From Acidobacteriota bacterium (GTDB lineage Bacteria; Acidobacteriota; Vicinamibacteria; Vicinamibacterales; SCN-69-37): a DNA stretch of 64,000 nucleotides. Positions 29,110 to 38,142 of the stretch are shown in pieces; the stretch's first letter is position 1, and every line of letters starts with the position of its first letter. The translations under genes and the position numbers were made by a program. The DNA lies in assembly GCA_039933635.1 (NCBI GenBank), contig JBDTNQ010000008.1:2411-66410 (forward strand), read 5' to 3'. A model generated the notes under the pieces. It saw only the letters and a program-made list of their open reading frames with translations. It was not told the DNA's origin and did no database searches.

Positions 29110-30237
29110 TCAGCCGAACAGGTCCTTGACCTTCTCGAAGAACGGCTTCTCGGTGTCGTCGTCGATCGGTGTCGCCTCGAGCTTCTCCACGGTCATCGTC
29201 TTCCCGTACTGCTCGATGAGCTTCTTCTGGTCCTTGGACAGCTTTCGTGGCACGTCGACGACCAGGCGCACATGCAGGGATCCGCGCCCGCGCCCGCTCA
29301 CGCTCGGCATGCCCTTGCCGCGAAAAGTCTCCACGGTGCCGCTGACGGTGCCGGCGGAAACATCCACGGACAGGGGATCGGCCAAGGTGTCGACTTTGAA
29401 CGAGCCGCCCATCGCCATGATGTGGAAGGGCACCGGGACCTCGATGAAGAGGTCATCCTCTTCGCGACGGAACACCTGGTGCGGTCGTACGTGGACCACC
29501 ACATAGAGGTCGCCGGTCGGGCCGCCGAGCGCCCCGTGTTCGCCTTCGCCATGGAGCCGCAGCCGTTGCCCGTCGGCAATACCTGCGGGAATGCGGACAG
29601 TCACACGCCGATCCTTCGTCGTACGTCCGGTGCCGCGGCACGCAGGGCAGGGTGTCTTGATGATCTGTCCCGATCCGCTGCATTGACCGCAGGGACGCGA
29701 GACGATCAGGAACCCCTGCTGGAACCGCAGCTGTCCCGCGCCGCGACACTGCGGACAGGTTTCCGCCGACGTTCCCGGAGCCGCCCGATTGCCCTTGCAG
29801 GTTTCGCAGTTTTCTTCGCGCGGGATCTGAATCGTGGTTTCAGTCCCGGTGAACGATTCCTCGAACGCGATCTCGAGGTCGAAGCGCAGATCCGATCCGC
29901 GGGCCGGACCCTGGCGGCGTTGTCCGCCGCCGAATCCGAAGAAATCACCGAGGATGTCCGAGAAATCCGAGAAGATGTCCGGATTGATGCCCGGACCTGC
30001 TCCTGCCGCTCCCTGCACCCCGGCGTGTCCGAAGCGGTCGTAGCGCGCGCGCTTGTCGGCGTCGCACAGCACGGCGTACGCCTCGGCCGCTTCCTTGAAG
30101 CGGTCTTCGGCTTCCTTACTGCCGGGATTTCGATCCGGGTGGTGTTTGAGCGCCAGCTTGCGATACGCGCTCTTGATGTCCGCTTCCGAGGCGTCCTTCG
30201 GGACGCCGAGTACCTCGTAGTAGTCGCGTTGACTCAC
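29110..30237 (-). CDS. dnaJ: molecular chaperone DnaJ
   Basis: 375 aa. J domain ([14 protein letters not shown]), G/F region and four CxxCxGxG zinc motifs. Confidence 0.96.
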   Translation of the reverse strand: MSQRDYYEVLGVPKDASEADIKSAYRKLALKHHPDRNPGSKEAEDRFKEAAEAYAVLCDADKRARYDRFGHAGVQGAAGAGPGINPDIFSDFSDILGDFFGFGGGQRRQGPARGSDLRFDLEIAFEESFTGTETTIQIPREENCETCKGNRAAPGTSAETCPQCRGAGQLRFQQGFLIVSRPCGQCSGSGQIIKTPCPACRGTGRTTKDRRVTVRIPAGIADGQRLRLHGEGEHGALGGPTGDLYVVVHVRPHQVFRREEDDLFIEVPVPFHIMAMGGSFKVDTLADPLSVDVSAGTVSGTVETFRGKGMPSVSGRGRGSLHVRLVVDVPRKLSKDQKKLIEQYGKTMTVEKLEATPIDDDTEKPFFEKVKDLFG

Positions 30238-30737
30238 GCCTGCGCCACCTTGACGAGCGCGGCCCTCAGGAGACGCTGACCCAGCCGGTAGCCGCGTCGA
30301 ATCTCCGCCGTGACCTCGCCCTCGCGGCGGCCATTGGCCGGCTCCTGCGCCAGCGCTTCATGCCACTGAGGATCGAACTGCTGGCCGACGACGTCGAGCG
30401 GCTCGACGCCCCGACGTTTGAGAATGTCCAGAAACTGACGCCGGATGAGATCCAGCCCGTCACGATACGCCGCGATCGTTTCCTTGCCCGGGCCATGTTC
30501 CACGGGCGCGGCGAGCGCGCGTTCGAGGTCGTCGACGACGGGCAGGAGTTCGCGCAGCAGTTCGGTGGCCGCATAGTCCGACGCTTCGCGCCGTTCACGC
30601 TCGGTGCGTTTGCGGAAGTTGTCGAACTCTGCGGCGGTGCGGAGGAGACGGTCGCGAAGCTCGTCGCGCTCGCGCGCCAGAGCCCCGTCCTGATCGCCCG
30701 GTTCGCCGGACGGCGTGGTCGTGTGTTCTGTGGACAT
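30234..30737 (-). CDS. grpE: nucleotide exchange factor GrpE
   Basis: 167 aa. [14 protein letters not shown] and the C-terminal pattern of GrpE. 4-nt overlap with dnaJ. Confidence 0.92.
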   Translation of the reverse strand: MSTEHTTTPSGEPGDQDGALARERDELRDRLLRTAAEFDNFRKRTERERREASDYAATELLRELLPVVDDLERALAAPVEHGPGKETIAAYRDGLDLIRRQFLDILKRRGVEPLDVVGQQFDPQWHEALAQEPANGRREGEVTAEIRRGYRLGQRLLRAALVKVAQA

Positions 30738-30746
30738 GGCGATGTT

Positions 30747-31781
30747 CTAGGGATGTTCGAGGAGGTTTGTGACAGCGTGCGAGACGCCGTCCACCAGGGA
30801 AATTGCACGCTCATAGCGCATGCGGGTCGGGCCAATCACGCCGATGGTGCCCACGCGATCGCCGTCCTGGAACGTCGAAACCACGAGGCTGAACGGGCGC
30901 AGCTCAGGTGACAGATTCTCGGATCCGATGACGACCGTGAGGCCGCCCGCCTCGATCGAGCGCGACAGCAACTCGACGAGCTGATGCTTTTCTTCGATCA
31001 GGCGGAACAACGCCCGAAGGGTTTCGAGCGTGCGCTGTCGGTCGTCGACTTCGCCGGCCAGTTCGTCGATGAGGAACGAAGCGCCCTGGATGTGGAGCGT
31101 TTCTTCAGGCCGGACCTCGTCGAGCCCGTGCTGTGCCAGGGTGAGCGCCCGTTGCATGAGCGCGTCGTACACCATGCGCTCCTCGCTCATCCGCTGGAGG
31201 ATCGCTGCCCGCGCCTCATTCAAGGTCAACCCGCCGAACTCGGCGTTGATGTAGTTGGCAGCCTGACTCAAGGTGGTGGCGCTGTAGGGCTCGGAGGTCT
31301 CAATCACGCGATGCGACACCTGGCCGCTCGTCGCCACCACGATGACCAGGACGCGGGTCTCCTCGAGGGCGACGAAGTCCAGGTGTTTCAGGCGCACGCC
31401 GGAACTGGCCGGCGCCACGGCGAAACCAATCTGATGCGAGGCCCGGGACAGCTCGTGAGACGCATGCTCGAGCAGGTTGCCGACCGCGCCGTTCCGTCGC
31501 AGACGGGCCTCGAATTCGGAGAGCGGCTGGGGCCGCTGACGCGCCCCGAGGAGTTGATCGACGTACAGACGGTAGCCGGAATCGGTCGGGACCCGGCCCG
31601 ACGAGGTATGGGGCTGACGCACGAGGCCCTGTTCCTCCAGACGCGCCAGGATGTTACGAACAGTCGCCGAGGACAGCCCGAGCGAACTCCGCTGCGCCAA
31701 CCAGGCCGACGACACAGGCTCGCCTTGCTCGATGTATTCGCCGACGAGGGTCGCCAGAATCCGGCATTGACGGTCGGTCAT
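30747..31781 (-). CDS. hrcA: heat-inducible transcription repressor HrcA
   Basis: 344 aa. N-terminal winged helix (RQCRILATLVGEYIEQGEPVSS..SSATVRN). A CIRCE operator lies upstream. Confidence 0.93.
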   Translation of the reverse strand: MTDRQCRILATLVGEYIEQGEPVSSAWLAQRSSLGLSSATVRNILARLEEQGLVRQPHTSSGRVPTDSGYRLYVDQLLGARQRPQPLSEFEARLRRNGAVGNLLEHASHELSRASHQIGFAVAPASSGVRLKHLDFVALEETRVLVIVVATSGQVSHRVIETSEPYSATTLSQAANYINAEFGGLTLNEARAAILQRMSEERMVYDALMQRALTLAQHGLDEVRPEETLHIQGASFLIDELAGEVDDRQRTLETLRALFRLIEEKHQLVELLSRSIEAGGLTVVIGSENLSPELRPFSLVVSTFQDGDRVGTIGVIGPTRMRYERAISLVDGVSHAVTNLLEHP

Positions 31782-31809
31782 AGCAATGTGGGAAGCCCGG
31801 AAGCGCGCA

Positions 31810-31836
31810 TTAGCAGTCAGACGTCAGGACTGCTAA
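31810..31836 (-). promoter_or_regulatory. CIRCE operator (HrcA binding site)
   Basis: TTAGCAGTC-N9-GACTGCTAA is a perfect 9-bp inverted repeat. Consensus is TTAGCACTC-N9-GAGTGCTAA, and here one compensated change occurs per arm. It lies 5 nt downstream of a TATACT box (31842..31847, minus strand). Confidence 0.85.
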
Positions 31837-31855
31837 GCGTCAGTATAGCTTGGAA

Positions 31856-31912
31856 GGTTCCGGGTTCCAAGGTTCTGGATTCCGGGTTCTGGTTCGAGGT
31901 TCCCCTGAACCT
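31856..31912. repeat. intergenic GGTTCYR heptamer-like repeat array (reverse strand: CCAGAACCCGGAATCCAGAACC...)
   Basis: About 8 consecutive GGTTC-containing units between the PBP1A stop and the hrcA promoter. It shares a ~25-nt near-identical block with 41221..41246. Confidence 0.88.
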
Positions 31913-31918
31913 CCGCCC

Positions 31919-34270
31919 CTATCGCCCAAACAAGTTCTGAAAGAAGCCTTTGACGCCACCCTCTGGGTGCAGCTCGCAATGTTGCGTGGGCTCGGTGCCC
32001 GCCAGGAACGCCTCGTGGATCACGACCGGGCAGTTCGAGGTGGCGAGCTGACCTGTGACCTTGTCGATGTCGGCAAACGCCACGCCGTCGGGGACGGAGA
32101 ACGACTTGCTCGGGCGCCCCGCCAGCGCGCGCTTCATGAACGACGTCCAGATCGGCAGCGCCGCCTGCCCGCCGCTGAGCCCGATCGGCTGGTTGTTGTC
32201 GAAGCCGACCCACACGACCGTCAACAACTCCGGGGTGAAGCCGATGAACCACGCGTCTCGCAAGTCGTTCGTCGTGCCGGTCTTGCCGGCCGCGTCGAGC
32301 GTGAAGCCCTGCCCTCGTGCGGCCGCGCCGGTGCCCTCGTTGATGACACTGCGCATCATGTTGACGACCAGATACGTGGCATCGGGCCTCGCAATGCTCT
32401 TCGACGCGGGAGCCGCGATGGCCTTGACCTTACCGTTTTCGACGATCGACGTCAGCGCCCGCAGTGGGCGGAACGTCCCGTTGTTCGGGAAGATTGTGTA
32501 GGCCCCCGCCATGTCCACCGGCGACGCCTCGAACACGCCCAGAGCGATCGATGGATAAGCCTTGGCAGGCGTGCCGAGGCCTATCTTCTTCCAGAGGTCG
32601 GCGACTCTGCCGTAGCCGACTTGTTCGGCCACTTTGATTGCCACGATGTTGCGCGAAAGCGCGAGCGCGCGCCGCAAGGTCACCGGCCCGTCGTACTCGC
32701 CCTGATAGTTCGTCGGCGAGTAGTCGTTGTCGCCGTCCTTGAACGTCGTCGGCTCGTCGACGACCACTGAGGCTGGGGTGAGGTCGGGTTGCCCGGTCTC
32801 CGCCCGGCTCTGGAACGCGGTGAGATACACAAACGGCTTGAACACCGAACCGGGCTGGCGCTTGGCCATCACGGCGCGGTTGTACTGCGACTGGCTGTAC
32901 GATCGGCCGCCGACCATCGCCAGGATCTCGCCCGTGCGCGGGTCGATGGCCACGAGTGCGGCCTGGGCCGTGCCCTTGCGCTTCTTCGCGGCCAGCTGCT
33001 TGTCGACCTGCGTGACGCCTTCCCCAATCGCTTCCTGCGCCATGCGCTGCAGGTGCAGGTCCAGCGTCGTGTAGATGTCTACCGCCGCGTCGGGTTTCAG
33101 CAGTCCGGAGTCGCCCTCCTCGATGAGCTGGCTGGCGTAGTCGACGAAGTAGGGCGCTTCGTTCTCGAGCGCGCGTGTGGACACGACAAGTGGCGAGGCT
33201 TCCGCGGCTTCGGCTTCATCTTTCTTGACCATGCCCGCGTTCGCCATCTCGTTGAGCACGACATTCCGGCGCTCTCTGGCGCGTTCAGCATTGCGGAACG
33301 GGGAGAGACGCGACGGCGACTGGATGATGCCTGCCATCGTGGCCGCCTCGGCCAGGGTGACGTTCCGCACGTCCTTGCCGAAGAAGATGCGCGCGGCTTC
33401 GGACACGCCATGAATCTCGAACGGACCGCGCTGTCCCAGCACGACGTCGTTGAGATACAGCTCGAGAATCTGCTGTTTGGTGAACCGCGTCTCGAGCACG
33501 ATCGCCATGAACTGCTCGCGCAGTTTGCGAATCGGCGACTTTTCCGGAGAAAGGAAGGTGTTCTTGACGATCTGCTGCGTCAACGTGCTGCCGCCGACCA
33601 GATAGGGCTTGTCGCCGAACATGTTCGTCCAGATCGCGCGGACGATCCCAATCGGATCGATGCCCGGATGCTCGTAAAATCTCCGGTCTTCGATGGCCAG
33701 CACGGCGTCGATGACCTGCTTCGGCATGCTGCCGATTGGCACGTAGCGCCGTCGCTCTCCCGGGGCCAAGGCCGCAATGAGGGGAGCCTCGAGCGTGAGC
33801 TTGGGCGCGGGCTTGCCGCCCGACGTGAGCCGCTGGACGCTCGTCCCCTTGACGAAGTCCACTTTGAACACGTGCGAAGGCTCGGGGCCGGCCGGCCGGG
33901 TCACGACCGTCACGGACGCGGGATTGAGGGTGAACTCGCCGGGGGCCGCGGCCTTCGCGCGCTCCGCATATCCCACGTCGTTGAGGCGTTGGACGAGCTG
34001 CGCGGGCGAGAGGCCCTGGCCCGTGGTCACCTCGAACGGCCGGCCGAACATGCGCGGCACGGGCCGCTGTTCACCCGAGAGCTTGCGATCGATCAGGCGG
34101 CCGTAACTGACCCAGAGATACACGGTGATGCCGAGGCCGACGACTGCCAGCGCTCCCGTGGCGCCGAGCGCATAGCGGAACCAGCGCAGTGTCATCAGGC
34201 GGGCCAGCCGACCGGATTTCTTGCGCGCGGCAGATCGCCGGGCCGATGAAGCAGGAGGCCGAGTAGCCAC
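31919..34270 (-). CDS. mrcA: penicillin-binding protein 1A family (bifunctional glycosyltransferase/transpeptidase)
   Basis: 783 aa. N-terminal TM anchor, GT51 motifs (EDRRFYEHPGID, GGSTLTQQ) and transpeptidase motifs SVFK, SRN and KTGTT. Confidence 0.92.
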   Translation of the reverse strand: MATRPPASSARRSAARKKSGRLARLMTLRWFRYALGATGALAVVGLGITVYLWVSYGRLIDRKLSGEQRPVPRMFGRPFEVTTGQGLSPAQLVQRLNDVGYAERAKAAAPGEFTLNPASVTVVTRPAGPEPSHVFKVDFVKGTSVQRLTSGGKPAPKLTLEAPLIAALAPGERRRYVPIGSMPKQVIDAVLAIEDRRFYEHPGIDPIGIVRAIWTNMFGDKPYLVGGSTLTQQIVKNTFLSPEKSPIRKLREQFMAIVLETRFTKQQILELYLNDVVLGQRGPFEIHGVSEAARIFFGKDVRNVTLAEAATMAGIIQSPSRLSPFRNAERARERRNVVLNEMANAGMVKKDEAEAAEASPLVVSTRALENEAPYFVDYASQLIEEGDSGLLKPDAAVDIYTTLDLHLQRMAQEAIGEGVTQVDKQLAAKKRKGTAQAALVAIDPRTGEILAMVGGRSYSQSQYNRAVMAKRQPGSVFKPFVYLTAFQSRAETGQPDLTPASVVVDEPTTFKDGDNDYSPTNYQGEYDGPVTLRRALALSRNIVAIKVAEQVGYGRVADLWKKIGLGTPAKAYPSIALGVFEASPVDMAGAYTIFPNNGTFRPLRALTSIVENGKVKAIAAPASKSIARPDATYLVVNMMRSVINEGTGAAARGQGFTLDAAGKTGTTNDLRDAWFIGFTPELLTVVWVGFDNNQPIGLSGGQAALPIWTSFMKRALAGRPSKSFSVPDGVAFADIDKVTGQLATSNCPVVIHEAFLAGTEPTQHCELHPEGGVKGFFQNLFGR

Positions 34271-34364
34271 TCCACCAGCAGTCTACGGCAACTTGCGCGG
34301 ACTGCGGACGACGCCGCGGCTTGACAGCCGCCCGCCCCCCGCATACTTTCCGGGCAGCGACGCC

Positions 34365-35831
34365 GTGGCCTTCTCTCCCGATTACGTTCGCATCGTCCTC
34401 AACGAGAACTTCGAAGACGCGAAGGCGCTGTTCCTCGCGCCGCTGATGGCGATTCACTACGCTCACCTGACCATGCTGGTCGAGCAGGGCATCGTGTCGG
34501 CGCCGGATGGGCGGGCGATCCGCGACGCGCTCGACCGCATCGATCAGGATCGCGTGCGTCGCGTGACGTACGACGGGTCCTACGAGGACCTGTACTTCTA
34601 TGTGGATCGACTGATTGTGGACGGCTGCGGCGTGGACGTCGCCGGGCGGTTGCACACCGCGCGCAGCCGGAACGACATCGACATGACGATGTATCGGATC
34701 CGCCTGCGCGAGTTCGTGCTGGGGCTGGTCGAGGCGACGCTGGCGCTGCGCGAGGCGCTCGTCGACCAGGCGGGCCGGCACGGGCACACCATCTTCGCCG
34801 CGCATACGCACGGGCAGCCGGCGCAGCCCACAACCGTCGCCCACTATCTCCTGGCCGTGATCGAACAGCTCGAGCGAGACACCGCGCGGCTCTTCGAGGC
34901 GTACCTGTCGACGAACTGCAACCCGCTCGGCGCATGCGCCATCACCGGGACGGGCTTTCCCATCGATCGGCGCAGGACGAGCGATCTGCTCGGGTTCAGC
35001 GGACCGACGGGCAATACGTACGGCAGCATTGCGACGGTGGATTACCTGCTCGAGAGCGCCGCCGCAGCGACGATCCTGCTCATCGGCATGGGCCGGTTCG
35101 TGCAGGACATGCTCCTCTGGTGCACGCACGAAGTCGGCTATCTCCGCTTGACGGATGGCTTCGTGCAGGCGAGCAGCATCATGCCGCAGAAGCGGAATCC
35201 CGTGGCACTCGAGCACGCGCGCGCGCTGGCGTCGAAAGCGCTGGCGCAGGCCACCGCCATCGGCCACACCGTCCACAACACGCCCTTCGGCGACATCGTC
35301 GATACCGAAGACGACCTGCAGCCGCTCGTGGCGTCGGCATTTCGCGATGCGACGCGCGCCGTCGCGCTCGTCGCCGTGACGATGGAGCAGGCCGTCTTCG
35401 ACATCGAGCGGATGGCCGCGCGCGCACACGAAGGCTGGGTGACGGTGACCGAGGTCGCCGACATGCTCGTCCGCGATCATGGTCTGTCGTTCAAGATCGC
35501 GCACACGATTGCGGGCACCATCGTGCAGACATGCCGCGCCGCGTCTGTGGCGCAGATCGCCGAGGTTGTGACGCGGGCCGCGAGCGAATTGGGACACGAA
35601 GTCGACGTCTCGGTCGACGAGCTGACGCGGGCGCTGAGCCCTGAGCATTTCGTCGCGATCCGTCGCACGCACGGAGGCCCAGCGCCCGAGGTGACGCGCG
35701 ACGCGCTGCAGCAATCGCGCACCTTGCTCGCGACCGACCGCCGCCGAATCGAGGAGCACCGCACGGCGGTCGTCGACGCGGCCGTGACGTTGCGCCACGC
35801 GGTGGACGCGTTCTCGTTCCGGGAGGGTTGA
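34365..35831 (+). CDS. argininosuccinate-lyase-like fumarate-lyase superfamily enzyme (divergent, probably not canonical ArgH)
   Basis: TARSRNDIDMT, HTHGQPAQPTT and ASSIMPQKRNP signature regions. It lacks the N-terminal LWGGRF motif of ArgH. GTG at 34365 is preferred over 34221, which would overlap the PBP1A start. Confidence 0.75.
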   Translation: MAFSPDYVRIVLNENFEDAKALFLAPLMAIHYAHLTMLVEQGIVSAPDGRAIRDALDRIDQDRVRRVTYDGSYEDLYFYVDRLIVDGCGVDVAGRLHTARSRNDIDMTMYRIRLREFVLGLVEATLALREALVDQAGRHGHTIFAAHTHGQPAQPTTVAHYLLAVIEQLERDTARLFEAYLSTNCNPLGACAITGTGFPIDRRRTSDLLGFSGPTGNTYGSIATVDYLLESAAAATILLIGMGRFVQDMLLWCTHEVGYLRLTDGFVQASSIMPQKRNPVALEHARALASKALAQATAIGHTVHNTPFGDIVDTEDDLQPLVASAFRDATRAVALVAVTMEQAVFDIERMAARAHEGWVTVTEVADMLVRDHGLSFKIAHTIAGTIVQTCRAASVAQIAEVVTRAASELGHEVDVSVDELTRALSPEHFVAIRRTHGGPAPEVTRDALQQSRTLLATDRRRIEEHRTAVVDAAVTLRHAVDAFSFREG

Positions 35832-35835
35832 GCTG

Positions 35836-36762
35836 TTGGCGACTTCATCAGCGATCCGCCTGTTCGACTCGCCCCGACTGTCATTTCTGATCTTTGCCAG
35901 TCCCAAGTCCGGCACGACATGGCTGCAGCGCCTGCTGTCAGCACATCCGGAAGCGGTGTGCGCGGAGTCGAGGGCGTTTGGCGACTACTTCGACCTCAGT
36001 CCTGGCGGACGGCCGCGCCTCACCGTCGAAACCTACGTCGACGGGCTGAGTCATCACTATGCACCCTCGGTCGACGGCCTGCGCCGCGGTGACACGCCCT
36101 TTTACAGGGCGCTACTGTTCAACATGATTGATGCAATGGCCGAGACGACCTTGCGTGCGACCGACAAGCGCGTGTACGGCGAGAAACTGACGCCGTACCA
36201 GGGCACCGCGCGTCAGGTCCTGGATCGGCTCCACGATTACAACTCGGACGTGCGCCTGGTGAATCTCGTCCGCGATGGCCGCGACGTGATCGTGTCGGGC
36301 GGCGTCCAGTGGCTGAACCTGCGCCGCGTGGCAGCGGCGCCTGGCCGCGAGGCGGAGCATGATGAGGCGATCGCCGCGCACCACATTCGCGACGACGACT
36401 TCGAGCGATTTCTCCATCACTGGACTGATGCCGTGTCGGCGGCTCGTGAAGCCCGGCAGCGTTTCTCACACGTGCTCGACGTGCGCTACGAAGACGTTCT
36501 CGGCGCGCCGCACGCACAGGTCACAATGCTGTGCGCGTTTCTTGGGATCGATGCTTCGCACGACGTCGTGGCTCGGTGCGTGGAGGCAGCGTCGTTTCGA
36601 GCGCTGTCCGGCGGCCGGGAGCGCGGAACAGAGGACGCCCACAGTTTCTTTCGTAAGGGCGTGGCCGGCGACTGGCGGAACTGGCTCACCCCCGCGCAAC
36701 GCGACCGATTTGCAACAGAGGCCGGGGACCTCAGGCGGGCGATGGGCTACGCGGAGGGCTGA
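35836..36762 (+). CDS. PAPS-dependent sulfotransferase family protein
   Basis: 308 aa. 5'-PSB motif ASPKSGTTWLQRLL and 3'-PB-like VRDGRDVIVS. TTG start 4 nt after the stop of the upstream lyase-like gene. Confidence 0.75.
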   Translation: MATSSAIRLFDSPRLSFLIFASPKSGTTWLQRLLSAHPEAVCAESRAFGDYFDLSPGGRPRLTVETYVDGLSHHYAPSVDGLRRGDTPFYRALLFNMIDAMAETTLRATDKRVYGEKLTPYQGTARQVLDRLHDYNSDVRLVNLVRDGRDVIVSGGVQWLNLRRVAAAPGREAEHDEAIAAHHIRDDDFERFLHHWTDAVSAAREARQRFSHVLDVRYEDVLGAPHAQVTMLCAFLGIDASHDVVARCVEAASFRALSGGRERGTEDAHSFFRKGVAGDWRNWLTPAQRDRFATEAGDLRRAMGYAEG

Positions 36763-36885
36763 CCGCTAGCCGACTCGTCATTTGCCAACAGTTGGTCGTC
36801 GGTCCTCTACCTGCCGGATTGCCGGCGGAGATGCGGCTGAAGCGATCAACCCACGTCTGGCGCGCATCTTGAAGCGTGCACCCGC

Positions 36886-37071
36886 ATGACATCGTTCTTC
36901 TGGCTCGGCCTCGCTGTTCTTGTGGTCGCCATCGCTGCCGTAACCGGCTTCAAGCCTCGGAAGACCCGACACGTCGCGCACACGCAACTCATGGGCGGGG
37001 CGCGGATCGTGCTGGTCCTTCTGGTCGTGGTGTTTGCCTACCTGGCCTGGATTGGTCGAACGGGCGGCTGA
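36886..37071 (+). CDS. small hypothetical membrane protein (two predicted TM helices)
   Basis: 61-aa ORF with two hydrophobic stretches (FFWLGLAVLVVAIAAV and IVLVLLVVVFAYLAWI). No homology recognised. Confidence 0.35.
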   Translation: MTSFFWLGLAVLVVAIAAVTGFKPRKTRHVAHTQLMGGARIVLVLLVVVFAYLAWIGRTGG

Positions 37072-37100
37072 CGGCTGACGGCCGACGTCCTGACGCCGCC

Positions 37101-38036
37101 TCACCCTGCCGCGCAGCCCTTCGCGGTTAACACTTCCTTCCGATCCGCGAGCACATCCAGGACGCGAAGAGGCTGACCGAGGTCGGTCCACCCGGCGTTC
37201 GGCAGTGCGAGCACCGATAGTCGATCCGGTGCCACGGCCAGAACCTCATGCGAGAAATCCGACGGCCGGATGGCCGCGTAGGCTTGCTGCAATGCGGCGG
37301 CCTGCTCGTCAACTGTCCAACCGGGCCGGCGAGAGGCGAACTCGTCCCACACGTCCGGGACCGTACGCTCGAGCAGCGACTCGAACGCGCGCGCCCGGCC
37401 GATCACCACCAGCGTGTTCCACAGGCAGCCCCGTGACAGCAGCTGTTCGGCGATCGACAGGGACGGCTTCTCCCAGAATCCGCGCACGGTGCGAAGATCG
37501 TTGGTCATACTCGCCGGCGCAGCCGCGACGCGTTCTCCGGGCTCGAGCCATCCGTACTGGGTCTCGGCACGGGTGGCCTCCGCGCCGATGACGATGATGC
37601 GGTCGGGATGAAGCGCGGTCAGTCCGTATGCGGTGCTGACGGTACGCTGTAGGACATCCGGATCGCGGTAGTAGTGATCGGCAGGAAAGAACCCGATGGC
37701 TGCGTCCGGGGTCGTGGCGCGCAGGCGAAAGAGCGTAGCGGCCACGGCCGCCGTCGTGCCTCGATTCTGCGGCTGTTCGATGAGCCGGGTGCGGGGCACG
37801 TCGGCCAGTTGCTCGCGGTAGTAGCGCTCGTGGGCGTGGGAGACGACGAGAAATGTGTGGGCGTCGGGGACGTTCAGCCTCAGGCGCTCGCGGGTGTCGT
37901 CGAGGAGCGTCTGACCACCGAAGAACGTGCAGAACTGTTTCGGCCGGGCGTCCCCGGCCATCGACCGCGTGAGCGGCTTCAGTCGTCGTCCATCACCACC
38001 GGCCAGAACGGCCGCCCAGGGGCGTGAATCAGCCAT
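37101..38036 (-). CDS. sugar-phosphate nucleotidyltransferase (mannose-1-phosphate guanylyltransferase-like)
   Basis: 311 aa. VLAGGDGRRLKPLT..PKQF N-terminal NTP-transferase motif and FPADHY. No C-terminal cupin/isomerase domain. Confidence 0.72.
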   Translation of the reverse strand: MADSRPWAAVLAGGDGRRLKPLTRSMAGDARPKQFCTFFGGQTLLDDTRERLRLNVPDAHTFLVVSHAHERYYREQLADVPRTRLIEQPQNRGTTAAVAATLFRLRATTPDAAIGFFPADHYYRDPDVLQRTVSTAYGLTALHPDRIIVIGAEATRAETQYGWLEPGERVAAAPASMTNDLRTVRGFWEKPSLSIAEQLLSRGCLWNTLVVIGRARAFESLLERTVPDVWDEFASRRPGWTVDEQAAALQQAYAAIRPSDFSHEVLAVAPDRLSVLALPNAGWTDLGQPLRVLDVLADRKEVLTAKGCAAG

Positions 38037-38142
38037 GAGCGCACTCCTTTCACGAGTCCAAGCGCAGGCGCTGTAGTAAAGAGACGCGTGGGTGCCCGTC
38101 GTTGGCCGGACACTCCAACCCGGTCAGTGTACGGCCGCGACG

